From: an uncultured Chloroflexia bacterium
GTDB taxonomy: Bacteria > Chloroflexota > Limnocylindria > Limnocylindrales > CSP1-4
Direction: 5' to 3'
Length of the DNA: 64,000 nt
NCBI GenBank assembly: GCA_963741085.1
Contig: CAVUGM010000006.1
Span: forward strand, 1,229,144-1,293,143
The notes below the pieces were generated by a model, which ran no database searches, was not told where the DNA came from, and was given only the letters and a program-made list of their open reading frames with translations. The position numbers were made by a program, and so were the translations under genes. This document shows positions 45,210 through 55,146 of the stretch, in pieces. The first letter of the stretch is position 1, and each line of letters opens with the position of its first letter.

Positions 45210-46520
45210 ATGGCCACCCGACTCCGGACACCCCTCACGCTGCTCGCCGCGGGCGTCCTGCTCGTGAGCGCCTGCAGCAGTGGAGGGACGGCCAGTCCGG
45301 CCGCGCCGAGCGCGAGCGCAGCGCCGGCAAGCGCCGCCGCCGCGAGCACTGCGCCCGCGAGCGCCAGCCCGGCGGCCTCGGCCGTCGCCGGCTGCGAGGC
45401 CGGTGCGGCGGCAGGGACCCAGATCCCCGACGTCGTCGCCGGCAAGTTCAACGTCGCGATGGTGCTGATCGGTCCGCACAACGATGGCGGCTGGAGCCAG
45501 GCTCACTACGAGGGCCTCGTCTATCTCTGCGAGCATGTCGCCGACGCGCACATCGCCTATATCGAGAACGTTCCGGAGGGCGCGTCCTCCGAGCAGGTCT
45601 TCCGAAGCCTCGCCCGGAAGGGGTTCAACTTCATCATCGGCACGAGCTTCGGGTACATGGACCCGATGGCGACCGTCGCCGAGGAGTTCCCGGATCAGAC
45701 GTTCCTCCACCTCACCGGCTACAAGTCGAACGGCAAGAACTTCGGCAACCTCATGGGCGCGATGGAGGACATGAAGTACCTCGCCGGCATGCTGGCCGGC
45801 TCGCGCGCCAAGCTGGACGGAAACCCGAAGCTCGGCTACATGGCGACGTTCCCGATCCCCGAGGAGCTGCGCCTCGGCAACGCCTTCATGCTCGGGGCCA
45901 AGAAGACCTGTCCCGAGTGCACGATGGACGTCCGCTGGATCAACACCTGGCATGACCCCGTAGCCGAGAAGAACGCAGCCGCCTCGCTCTTCGACGCGGG
46001 CGCGGACGTGGTCCTGACCGGGGCCGACACGCCGGCCGTTGCCGACGTCGCCCAGGAGAAGGGCAAGTGGGGCGTCACCTACGATTACTACGGGTCGTGC
46101 AAGGTCGACCACTGCCTGACCACCATCTACTGGCTCTGGGGTCCCGAGTACGCGCGCATCGCCGAGAAGGTCAAGGCCAAGACGTACACCGCCGGCTACG
46201 AATACTTCGACGCCGAGACTCACTCCCTCGGCCTGTTCGGCTTCATGGACGGCCAGACCCCGCAGCCCGGCATCAAGGATCTCCCCGCGGCGGACGTCCA
46301 GATGGTCAAGGACACGCTGGCCAAGATGCTCGCTGGCACGTTCAACCGGTTCGACGTCTTCGCCGGCCCGATCACGGACAACACGGGCAAGCAGATCCTG
46401 GCTGCCGGCCAGAAGCTGCAGCAGCCCGACCTCGACCAGTTCCCGCCCGGTACTCCCCCCTGCACCGTCTGCATGCACTGGTGGGCCAACGGCGTCAACG
46501 CCACGATCCCCAGCCAGTAG
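45210..46520 (+). CDS. BMP family (PnrA/Med-like) ABC transporter substrate-binding lipoprotein
   Basis: Intact 436-aa ORF with SD GGAGGAGAGG. The lipobox is LLVSAC. FNVAMVLIGPHNDGGWSQAHYEGL...GFNFIIGTSFGYMD are typical BMP motifs. Confidence 0.9.
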   Translation: MATRLRTPLTLLAAGVLLVSACSSGGTASPAAPSASAAPASAAAASTAPASASPAASAVAGCEAGAAAGTQIPDVVAGKFNVAMVLIGPHNDGGWSQAHYEGLVYLCEHVADAHIAYIENVPEGASSEQVFRSLARKGFNFIIGTSFGYMDPMATVAEEFPDQTFLHLTGYKSNGKNFGNLMGAMEDMKYLAGMLAGSRAKLDGNPKLGYMATFPIPEELRLGNAFMLGAKKTCPECTMDVRWINTWHDPVAEKNAAASLFDAGADVVLTGADTPAVADVAQEKGKWGVTYDYYGSCKVDHCLTTIYWLWGPEYARIAEKVKAKTYTAGYEYFDAETHSLGLFGFMDGQTPQPGIKDLPAADVQMVKDTLAKMLAGTFNRFDVFAGPITDNTGKQILAAGQKLQQPDLDQFPPGTPPCTVCMHWWANGVNATIPSQ

Positions 46521-46592
46521 TCGATCTCGTTCAAGGCCCGCGACGACCGGTTCGTCGCGGGCCTTGACGTTCCAGGGAGCTCACGGGATCGC

Positions 46593-48170
46593 ATGACCCC
46601 CGAACCGGTCGTCCCCGAGCCGCCGCTCGCCGTCGCGATGCGCGGCATCGTCAAGCGCTTTCCCGGCGTGGTCGCCAACGACGGAGTGGACTTCGACCTG
46701 CGCGTCGGCGAGATCCACGCCCTCCTTGGCGAGAACGGCGCCGGCAAGAGCACGCTCATGAACGTGCTCGACGGCCTGTACCGGCCCGAGGCCGGCGAGA
46801 TCCTCGTCCGGGGCCAGCGGGCCGAGTTCCGTTCACCCCGGGAAGCGATCGCCGCCGGCCTCGGAATGGTTCACCAGCACTTCGCTCTCGTGCCGACCCA
46901 GACGGTCACGGAGAACGTCCTGATCGGCCTGGATCGGCCTCGCTTCCGGATCGACATCGGCCGTTATGACGACGAGGTCGCCGAGCTGGCGTCAAGGCAC
47001 GGGCTCACCGTCGACCCACGGGCCAGGATCTGGCAGCTCTCCGTCGGCGAGCAGCAGCGCGTCGAGATCCTGAAGATGCTCTACCGCGGAGCACGGATCC
47101 TGATCCTCGACGAGCCGACGGCAGTGCTCGCTCCCCAGGAAGCCCAGGACCTCTTCCGGACCCTGCGCTCCATGGTGGCCGAGGGGGCGTCGGTCGTCTT
47201 CATCAGCCACAAGCTGGCCGAGGTGTCCCAGATCGCCGACCGGGTCACGGTCATGCGGCGCGGCAAGGTGACGGCCGCCAGGATCCCCATCAGCGGGACC
47301 ACGACCGCCGAGCTGGCCCGGCTCATGGTCGGGCGCGAGGTTCTCGAAACAATCGAGCGGTCTCCGTTCCACCCGGGCGCGGTCGTGCTGAGCATGCACG
47401 ACGTCGAGGCGCTGAGCGACCGCGACCTGCCTGCCCTGCGGGGCGTCTCCCTCGACGTCCGCTCCGGCGAGATCCTCGGCGTGGCCGGCGTCGCCGGCAA
47501 CGGTCAGTCCGAGCTGGCTCAAGTCCTGACGGGACTCCGCCACTGCACCCGGGGATCGGTGACGGTGAACGGGGTCGAGGTCGGCAATCGGACGCCGCGG
47601 GACGCCATCAGCCAGCACGTGGCCCACGTCCCCGAGGATCGCACGGGAGTCGGCAGCGCACCCAGCCTTTCGGTGGCCGACAACCTGATCATGAAGAGCT
47701 ATCGCGACGCCCCGGTGTCGCGGCGCTGGTCCATCGATACGGGCGCCGTCCGCCGCTTCGCCACCCGGCTGCGCGACACGTACAGCATCGCGGCGCCATC
47801 AGTCGATACGGAGGCGCGCCTCCTGTCAGGCGGGAACCTGCAGCGCCTGATCCTGGCCCGCGAGATCGCGTCGGAGCCGCGCCTCATGGTGGCCGTGCAG
47901 CCGACGCGCGGACTCGACGTCGGGGCGATCTCCACTGTCCACGGCCTGCTCCTGGAGCAGCGCCAGGCAGGGTCGGCGACGGTCCTGATCAGCGAAGACC
48001 TCGACGAGATCCTGGCCCTGGCCGACCGCGTGGCGGTGATCTACGAGGGCCGCCTCGTTGGCCTCTTCGACGCGGCCGACGCGGACGTGGCGGAGATCGG
48101 CCTGTTGATGACCGGTGGGACGGCGTCCCGAATGGTCGAGCCCGGAGACGCGACGAGGATCGTGCCGTGA
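46593..48170 (+). CDS. ABC transporter ATP-binding protein with two nucleotide-binding domains
   Basis: Intact 525-aa ORF. It has GENGAGKSTLMNVL, LSVGEQQRVEILKML and ILILDEPTAVL, plus a second NBD (GVAGNGQSEL, LSGGNLQRLILAREI). Confidence 0.9.
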   Translation: MTPEPVVPEPPLAVAMRGIVKRFPGVVANDGVDFDLRVGEIHALLGENGAGKSTLMNVLDGLYRPEAGEILVRGQRAEFRSPREAIAAGLGMVHQHFALVPTQTVTENVLIGLDRPRFRIDIGRYDDEVAELASRHGLTVDPRARIWQLSVGEQQRVEILKMLYRGARILILDEPTAVLAPQEAQDLFRTLRSMVAEGASVVFISHKLAEVSQIADRVTVMRRGKVTAARIPISGTTTAELARLMVGREVLETIERSPFHPGAVVLSMHDVEALSDRDLPALRGVSLDVRSGEILGVAGVAGNGQSELAQVLTGLRHCTRGSVTVNGVEVGNRTPRDAISQHVAHVPEDRTGVGSAPSLSVADNLIMKSYRDAPVSRRWSIDTGAVRRFATRLRDTYSIAAPSVDTEARLLSGGNLQRLILAREIASEPRLMVAVQPTRGLDVGAISTVHGLLLEQRQAGSATVLISEDLDEILALADRVAVIYEGRLVGLFDAADADVAEIGLLMTGGTASRMVEPGDATRIVP

Positions 48171-49298
48171 CCGCCAGCAGCCCGGCGCGGCGGCCGGGTC
48201 GGACGTCGCTCATGCCGTGGTCCATCCACATGGAGCGGCGGCTCGAGGTCCCCCGCTGGCTGCCGGTCGTGACCACGATCGGCGCCGTCGTCGTCGCCCT
48301 CCTCATCAGCGGCATCATCCTGTGGATCGCCGGCGGTGATCCGATCGCGATCTTCGTCCACATCCTTGGGTCGTCGTTCGGGAGCCTCGGCGTCCTGTCC
48401 GACACCCTGGTCACGGCGACGCCACTGATCCTCACCGGCCTGGCGTGTGCGCTCGCATTCCGGATGCGCCTGTGGAACATCGGCGCCGAGGGCCAGTTCC
48501 TGATGGGCGCCTGGGGCGCCTCGGCGATCGTCCTCATCCCCGTCGTGCCGCCGGGGACGCCGTCGATCGTCACGATCCCGCTCATGATGGTCGCCGGCAT
48601 GCTCGCCGGCGCGGCCTACGCCGCGATCCCCGGCATCCTGAAGGCCTTCCGCGGCGTGAACGAGATCATCGTCACGCTGATGCTCAACTACATCGCCGCG
48701 CTGTGGATCGCGTACTGGGTCTTCGGACCCTGGAGCGAGGCCGGCTTCCAGCTCAGCAGGCAGTTCCCCAGAGAGGCCTGGCTGCCACGCCTCTCGGACT
48801 ACGCCCACGCGGTGCCCGCCTTCTCGGGCCTGACCGTCCACATGGGGCTCATCATCGGCCTCGTAGCGGCGATCCTGGTCCGGTTCCTGCTGTTCCGCAG
48901 CCGGCGCGGCTACGAGATCCGGCTTGATCGGGGACAGCCCGCGCGCCGCCCGCTACGCCGGCATCAACGTCGCGCGCAACACGGTGATCGTCTTCGCCCT
49001 GTCCGGCGCGCTGGCCGGGCTCGCCGGCATGAGCGAGGTCTCGGGGGTCGTCCACCGCCTCCAGCAGGCCATCTCGCCCGGCTACGGCTTCACCGCGATC
49101 ATCGTGGCCTACATCGCCAAGCTCCACCCGTACGGCGTGGTTGTCGCCTCGATTGCCTTCGGCGCCCTCATCCTGGCCGGCCGCGAGATCCAGCCCTCCG
49201 GCATCCCGGCAATGATCCAGGGGATCATCCTCTTCTGCCTGATCGCGAGCGAGGTCGTCCTCCGCTATCGCGTCCGCATCGAGCGCCGGGCCGCCTGA
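48167..49298 (+). CDS. ABC transporter permease (BMP-type system; one frameshift near 48920; start uncertain)
   Basis: The first part is in ORF 48167..50266 (TPLILTGLACALAFRMRLWNIGAEGQFLMG). The rest is in ORF 48924..49298 (IGDSPRAARYAGINVARNTVIVFALSGALAGLAG). The junction CGGCTTGATCGGGG has one extra base. Confidence 0.85.
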
Positions 49299-50266
49299 TG
49301 GACCTGACGATCATCCTCGCCGCCGGCGTCGCGTCGGGGACGGTCCTCCTGTTCGCCGCGGTGGGCGAGATCTTCGCCGAGCGGGCCGGGGTCATCAACC
49401 TGGGCGTCGAGGGGATGATGCTCATCGGCGCGGTCGTCGCCTTCGGGACCGCCGTGGCCACGGGCAATCCCTGGCTCGGGGTCGCCCTGGGGACCCTCGC
49501 GGGCGGGCTCCTGTCCGTCCTCCACGCCATCATCACGATCAGCTTCCAGGCCGAGCAGGTGGTATCCGGCCTGGCCCTGACGTTCCTCGGCACCGGCCTC
49601 GCCCGGGTCCTCGGGGAGGACCTCTCCAAGGCCGGCGCGATCGCCCTCCTGCCGACGATTACCGTGCCCGGCCTGTCGGCCGTACCCATCGTGGGTCCGA
49701 TCCTCTTCACCAACCAGAGCATCCTCGTGTACGTCGGCTACGTCGTCGTGCCGATCGCCTGGTACTGGATCAGCCGGACGCGGCCGGGTCTCCACCTGCG
49801 CGCGGTCGGCGAGAGCCCGACCGCGGCCGACACGCTGGGCGTCGACGTGTACCGCCTCCGCTACGCCTACGTCATCGTGGGTGGCCTGTTCGCCGGCCTG
49901 GCCGGGTCAACCATCACCCTGGCGATCTCGCCCGGCTGGTTCGGCGATCTGACCGTGAACGGCCAGGGCTGGATCGCGATCGCGATCGTCATCTTCGCCC
50001 AGTGGGGGGTGGGCCGGGCAGCCCTCGGCGCCTATGCCTTCGCAGCCATCCAGAGGCTGCTCCTCGACATCCAGGGCCCGGAAACGCTCTTCGGCGTCCC
50101 TAATCCCTTCTTCGTCAACCACACGCTGACGTTCTTCCTGGGCATGGTGCCATACGTTCTCATCATCCTCGTGCTGGTCGCGGTGTCCGGCGAGGCGCTG
50201 CGCAAGCGGATCGGGGCTCCGGCGGCGCTGGGCATCCCGTACGTGCGGGGCGAGCGCGGCCAGTAG
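49298..50266 (+). CDS. ABC transporter permease (BMP-type system)
   Basis: ATG 49298 overlaps the preceding stop (TGATG). The frame is intact: MDLTIILAAGVASGTVLLFAAVGEIFAERAGVINLGVEGMMLIGA... Confidence 0.9.
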   Translation: MDLTIILAAGVASGTVLLFAAVGEIFAERAGVINLGVEGMMLIGAVVAFGTAVATGNPWLGVALGTLAGGLLSVLHAIITISFQAEQVVSGLALTFLGTGLARVLGEDLSKAGAIALLPTITVPGLSAVPIVGPILFTNQSILVYVGYVVVPIAWYWISRTRPGLHLRAVGESPTAADTLGVDVYRLRYAYVIVGGLFAGLAGSTITLAISPGWFGDLTVNGQGWIAIAIVIFAQWGVGRAALGAYAFAAIQRLLLDIQGPETLFGVPNPFFVNHTLTFFLGMVPYVLIILVLVAVSGEALRKRIGAPAALGIPYVRGERGQ

Positions 50267-50351
50267 CGCGGGACGCGAGACGGCGGGGCGCGAGAAGACC
50301 GCCGCGAGAAGAGCGGGCGCGGCCAGTCGCGGCGGGCCCGCGAGGGTCGGG

Positions 50352-50777
50352 TCAGGAGCCCTCGTCGACCTCGGGGCCGAGCAGCTCCATCTGGACGAAC
50401 CCGCTCGTGTCGAAGGAAAGCTGCTCGGGCGCCGGCTCGGCCGGCTGCCCGACCGGGGCGAATTCCAGCACGATCCGCTCGTCACCCTCGACGAGGGCAT
50501 ACACGATGAGCTGGTCGGGCCGCGTCTCGAACTCGAGGTGCTCGAACGAATCGACATTCAGGCAGATCGAGACCGGCGTGAAGTACGACGACGTCTCCGG
50601 CTCGTCGATCACGACCCGCTCGACCCAGCCCGTGCCGTGGGCCACCCGCTCGCGACCGCGCAGGTAGTGGTACGAGACGGTCTGCTTCACGAGCGGGCGC
50701 AGCAGGTTCAGGATGTCGTTCCGCGACGACACGATGCCGCTGTTCACGAAGAACTTGGCGGGGGTCGGGCGCGCCAT
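50352..50777 (-). CDS. hypothetical protein, 141 aa, no family recognised
   Basis: ATG 50777 has SD AGGAGG and codons are GC3-rich. It forms the tail of ORF 50352..51683 (MARPTPAKFFVNSGIVSSRNDILNLLRPLVKQTVSYHYLRGRE...). Confidence 0.6.
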   Translation of the reverse strand: MARPTPAKFFVNSGIVSSRNDILNLLRPLVKQTVSYHYLRGRERVAHGTGWVERVVIDEPETSSYFTPVSICLNVDSFEHLEFETRPDQLIVYALVEGDERIVLEFAPVGQPAEPAPEQLSFDTSGFVQMELLGPEVDEGS

Positions 50778-50915
50778 CGGGGCACCTCCTGGGCGGGCCG
50801 TCGGGGACGGTGCGGCCGCTCCCGGGCTGCCGGTCGAAACCGGCCCGGGGACGACGCCGGAATCGTAGCGCACCCCGCCGGCCGCGGGGAACCCGCGTCG
50901 TCCTATCATCGACGC

Positions 50916-51713
50916 ATGCTCCTCGTGATCGACGTCGGCAACACGAACCTGCGCCTGGCCACGGCCCGCGCCGGCGCGCTCGCGCCCACGCGGCGTGCGG
51001 CCACGCCCGCATCCGCCACCCCCGACGAGCTCGAGATCCTGCTCGAGGGGCTCCTCCACCTCGACGGCTCGCGGCTCGCCGAGGCCTCGGGTGTCGCGCT
51101 CTCCTCGACGGTGCCGTCGCTCGTCGCGGCGGTCGAGACCGTCGTGGCGCGCCACTCCCTGGCCTGCGCGGTGGCAGCTGCCGGCACGATCCCCTTCCCC
51201 GTCCGCGTCGAGCACCCCGAGCGGGTCGGCCCCGACCGCCTCGTCAACGCCTATGCGGCCGCCCAGCTGTACGGCACGCCGGCGATCGTCGTCGACTGCG
51301 GCACCGCCACCACCCTCGACGCGGTCGACCACTCCGGTGCGTTTGTCGGCGGGGCGATCGCCCCGGGGCTCATCCTCGGGCTGGAGGCACTTGCGGCGCG
51401 GACGGCGAGCCTGCCCCGGGTGGAACCGAGCCTGCCGAGCGGCGCGATCGGGCACGACACCGAGGACGCCCTCCGCGTCGGGACGGTGCTCGGCCACCGG
51501 GCCATGATCGAGGGACTGGCCGCCCGGATGCGGCGCGAGCTGGCGACCGGAGCGGGCATCGCCCCGCGCGACGTACGGGTCGTCCTGACCGGCGGCCTGG
51601 CAACGCTGCCCTGGGCCCGCGGGGTGGATGGCGTGGACGCCATCGACCCGGACCTCACGCTGCGCGGGCTCGTCCTGTTCCACCGTGCCACCAGCGGGGC
51701 CGACGAATCATGA
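50916..51713 (+). CDS. coaX: type III pantothenate kinase
   Basis: From ATG 50916: MLLVIDVGNTNLRLA...VGPDRLVNAYAA...AIVVDCGTATTLD...VLTGGLA. Confidence 0.9.
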   Translation: MLLVIDVGNTNLRLATARAGALAPTRRAATPASATPDELEILLEGLLHLDGSRLAEASGVALSSTVPSLVAAVETVVARHSLACAVAAAGTIPFPVRVEHPERVGPDRLVNAYAAAQLYGTPAIVVDCGTATTLDAVDHSGAFVGGAIAPGLILGLEALAARTASLPRVEPSLPSGAIGHDTEDALRVGTVLGHRAMIEGLAARMRRELATGAGIAPRDVRVVLTGGLATLPWARGVDGVDAIDPDLTLRGLVLFHRATSGADES

Positions 51714-53119
51714 CCGGCCCCGGCCGGCTCGCGGGCCGCTTCATCGGGCTCGGGATCACGGGTTCGATCGCCGCCTTCAAGGCCGTGGACCTGCTGCGCC
51801 TGCTGCGCGCCGAGGGCGCCGATGTCCAGGTGTTGATGACCCCCTCGTCGACACGGTTCGTGGCGTCCCTGACCCTGGCCGCGCTGTCCCGCCGGCACGT
51901 CGACGCCGAGGTGCTGGACCTCCTTCCCGACGGCCGGATCGGCCACGTGATCACGGCCGATGCCGCCGATGCGATCGTCGTGGCGCCGGCGACTGCGCAC
52001 TGGCTCGGCGCGATGGCCCACGGTCTTGCCGCGGACGTCGTCACCGCAACCTGCCTTGCCACCTCGGCGCCCGTCGTGGTCGCCCCCGCGATGGACGGCG
52101 ACATGTACGCCCACCCGGCCACGCAGGCGAACGTCGCGATCCTGCGCGACAGCTTCGGCTACGCGATCGTCGAGCCCGGGAGCGGGACGCTTGCGTCGGG
52201 CCAGGTGGGGCCGGGGCGCCTGGCCGACCTCGAAGCCATCGTGGCAGCCGTCGTGGCAGCCGTCGGCGACCGACCGGTGCGCCGCCCAGACCCCCAGGAC
52301 CGGACCCCGCGCATCGGTGACGCGGAGGCCGCGGGGCTGGGCCGGGATTCCGACGACCTGGCCGGGCGCCACGTGGTCGTCACCGCCGGCGGCACAGCCG
52401 AGCCCATCGACCCGGTCCGCTTCATCGGGAACCGGAGCACGGGCACGATGGGCATCGCCGTCGCCGAGGCTGCCCGCGATCGCGGCGCGCGCGTCACCCT
52501 GGTCGCCGCTGTCGTCAGCGTCCAGCTGCCGGACGGAGTCGAGGTCATCCGCGCCGAGACCGCCGCCGAGATGCGCGCCGCGCTCGGCCGGCTGTTGCTC
52601 GAGCCGGACGGGCGGCCGGGCTTCGATGTCCTGGTCATGGCGGCCGCCGTTGCCGACTTCCGACCGTCGGTCCCAGCGGACCATAAGCTGCCACGCACCG
52701 ATGCCGGGCTCACCCTCGAGCTGGTCCCGAACCCGGACCTCCTCGCGGAGGTCGGCCAGCTCGTCCGCGGCGTCGACGGCGCCGGGCTTCCGTCCGGCCG
52801 TCCCCTGGTTCCGCGCCCGGTGCTGGTCGGGTTCGCCGCCGAGACCGGCGGCATGGCGCGGGCCGCCGAGAAGCTCGCCCGCAAGCGTGTCGACCTGCTC
52901 GTCGCCAACGACGTGGCCGAGGCCGGTTCCGGCTTCGGCACGCCGACGAACCGGGTGACCCTTCTCGCGCCGGGAGCCGCGGATGAGGCGTTGCCCCTGC
53001 TGCCGAAGCGCGACGTCGCGGAGCGCATCCTCGACCGGGTGGTGGCGGCGCTGGACGCCCGGAACGACGCGGCGCAGACTGGATTCGACGAACTCGCCGA
53101 GGAGACCCGCGTCCCGTGA
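51710..53119 (+). CDS. coaBC: bifunctional phosphopantothenoylcysteine decarboxylase / phosphopantothenate-cysteine ligase
   Basis: ATGA overlap with coaX. The frame is intact. The flavoprotein part is LGITGSIAAFKAVDLLRLL...VAPATAHWLGAMAHGLA. The ligase part is VVVTAGGTAEPIDPVRFIGNRSTGTMG. Confidence 0.9.
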   Translation: MTGPGRLAGRFIGLGITGSIAAFKAVDLLRLLRAEGADVQVLMTPSSTRFVASLTLAALSRRHVDAEVLDLLPDGRIGHVITADAADAIVVAPATAHWLGAMAHGLAADVVTATCLATSAPVVVAPAMDGDMYAHPATQANVAILRDSFGYAIVEPGSGTLASGQVGPGRLADLEAIVAAVVAAVGDRPVRRPDPQDRTPRIGDAEAAGLGRDSDDLAGRHVVVTAGGTAEPIDPVRFIGNRSTGTMGIAVAEAARDRGARVTLVAAVVSVQLPDGVEVIRAETAAEMRAALGRLLLEPDGRPGFDVLVMAAAVADFRPSVPADHKLPRTDAGLTLELVPNPDLLAEVGQLVRGVDGAGLPSGRPLVPRPVLVGFAAETGGMARAAEKLARKRVDLLVANDVAEAGSGFGTPTNRVTLLAPGAADEALPLLPKRDVAERILDRVVAALDARNDAAQTGFDELAEETRVP

Positions 53120-54035
53120 GTGCCACGCCAGCCGGCCCCGCCCGCATCACCGTCCTCGACATCGCCCGGATGCACGCCGACGGTGAGCGGATCGCGATGC
53201 TCACCGCGTATGACTACCCCACGGCCCAGCTGGTGGACGAGGCCGGCTTGCCTGCCATCCTCGTGGGCGACTCGCTCGGCCAGGTCATGCTGGGCTACGA
53301 CACGACGGTCCGCGTGACGATGGACGAGATGCTCCATCACACGAAGGCCGTTGCCCGCGGCGCGCGCCGGGCGCTGGTCGTCGGCGACATGCCGTTCCTC
53401 TCCTACACCACGCCCGAGGAGGCGCTCGCGAACGCCGGCCGTTTCCTCCGCGAGGCCGGTGCCCAGGCCGTGAAGGTCGAGGGGGGCATCCGCTCGGCCC
53501 GCGTGATCGAAGCGTTGGCCCGTGCGGGGATCCCCGTCATGGGCCACATCGGCCTCACGCCGCAGGCCATCAACGCCCTGGGCAAGGTCCGCGTCCAGGG
53601 CAGGAGCCGGGAGCAGGCACGGGCGCCTCCTGCACGACGCCCTCGCCGTGCAGGAGGCGGGCGCGTTCGCCGTCGTCCTCGAGCTCGTCCCCGCGCAGCT
53701 CGCGGCAGCCATCACCGAGCGCCTGCGGATCCCCACGATCGGGATCGGCGCCGGGGCCGGCTGCTCGGGCCAGATCCAGGTGATCACCGACGTCCTCGGC
53801 CTCGGATCGTTCATCCCGCGCCACGCCACGCCCTACGCCGACCTGCGCGCCACGATCCTCGCGGCGGCGGCGGCCTACCGGGCGGACGTCGAGGCAGGGA
53901 TTTTCCCCGGCGACGCGCAGTCGACGCCGGATGGACGACGCGGTCCTCGACGAGGTCCTCGGCCGGGCGGGCGCGGACCGCGCCGGGACCGCCGACGCGA
54001 CGGTCGGGGGGATCCCGCTCGACCGGGACCTGTGA
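53116..54035 (+). CDS. panB: 3-methyl-2-oxobutanoate hydroxymethyltransferase (2 frame switches; passes through all three frames)
   Basis: GTGA overlap with coa[39 protein letters not shown]...VKVEGG is in frame 1. [33 protein letters not shown] is in ORF 53522..54244. The tail [11 protein letters not shown]... is in the third frame, with the stop at 54033-54035. Confidence 0.85.
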
Positions 54036-54056
54036 CTGCGCGAACCGACAGCGCGG

Positions 54057-54912
54057 GTGTCGGCGCCCCGAGTGGAGCTGTCCTCGTCGTCCGGACCCGC
54101 GACGAGCTTGCCGCAAGCCCTGGCGAGGCTGCCGCGCCCGCTCGGTCTCGTGCCCACGATGGGCTGGCTCCACGCCGGCCACCGCTCTCTCATCGCAGCG
54201 CGCCCGGGTCGAATGCGCCAGCGTCGCCGTGTCGATCTTCGTGAACCCACGCCAGTTCGGCGACCCCGCGGACCTCTCGCGGTACCCGCGCAACGAGGCG
54301 GGTGACGTCGCGATCTGCGCGGACGAGGGGGCCGACCTGGTGTGGGCGCCGCCCGTCGAGTCCGTCTACCCACCCGGCTTCGACACCCACGTCAGCGTGG
54401 GCGCGCTTGCCGGCCCGCTCGAGGGCGCTGCCCGCCCCGGGCACCTCGATGGCGTGACGACCGTCGTGGCCGTCCTCTTCGGAGTCGTGCGTCCCGATCG
54501 CGCCTACTTCGGGATGAAGGATGCCCAGCAGCTGCGCGTCGTGGCCCGCATGGCGGCCGACCTCGCCCTCACGACCGTCGTCCCCTGCCCCACCGTCCGG
54601 GAGCCGGACGGCCTGGCGATGAGCTCGCGCAACGTCCACCTGTCGGCGGCGGAGCGGACTGCCGCGCCGGTCCTGCGCCGTGCGCTCGTAGCCGGGCGGA
54701 CCGCCTGGGAGGACGGGGAACGCCGCGCCGAGGCGATCCGCTCGATCGTGCGGACGGTCGTCGCGACCGAGCCGCTGGCGCGCCTCGAGTACGTCTCGCT
54801 GGCCGACGACGCAACCCTGGCCGAGCTCGACCGGGTCGATGGTCCGGCCCTCCTCTCGCTTGCCGCCGTCCTCGGGTCGACGCGCCTCATCGACAACGTG
54901 ACGCTGGGCTGA
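54057..54912 (+). CDS. panC: pantoate-beta-alanine ligase (2 frame switches near the 5' end; start approximate)
   Basis: [18 protein letters not shown] is in ORF 54057..54305. [21 protein letters not shown]...[10 protein letters not shown]...[10 protein letters not shown] is in the frame of ORF 53116..54912. Confidence 0.85.
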
Positions 54913-54923
54913 CGGCGGGTCGG

Positions 54924-55020
54924 GCCGGCGGCAACCCGGCGGCGACCGGGCGTGGCGCCGAGGGGCGCCCGCCGCCGCACGGTGGCCGGCGGCAACCCGG
55001 CGGCAACCGGGCGTGGCGCT
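54924..55020. repeat. two 36-nt direct repeats (35/36 identical) 61 nt apart in the panC-DUF4349 intergenic region
   Basis: GGCCGGCGGCAACCCGGCGGCGACCGGGCGTGGCGC lies at 54924-54959, and the same sequence with one G-to-A change at 54985-55020. Confidence 0.9.
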
Positions 55021-55146
55021 TCGGGAACCGGCTCGCCGCCGAACGGTAGCCGGGCGCGACCCTTTCGGAACCGCGTGAGCTCCACCCTCGTCTGGGGGGC
55101 GTGACGCGGGCCGAGCCTCCACCGCGTCGAGCACAGGGGTCGCCCG

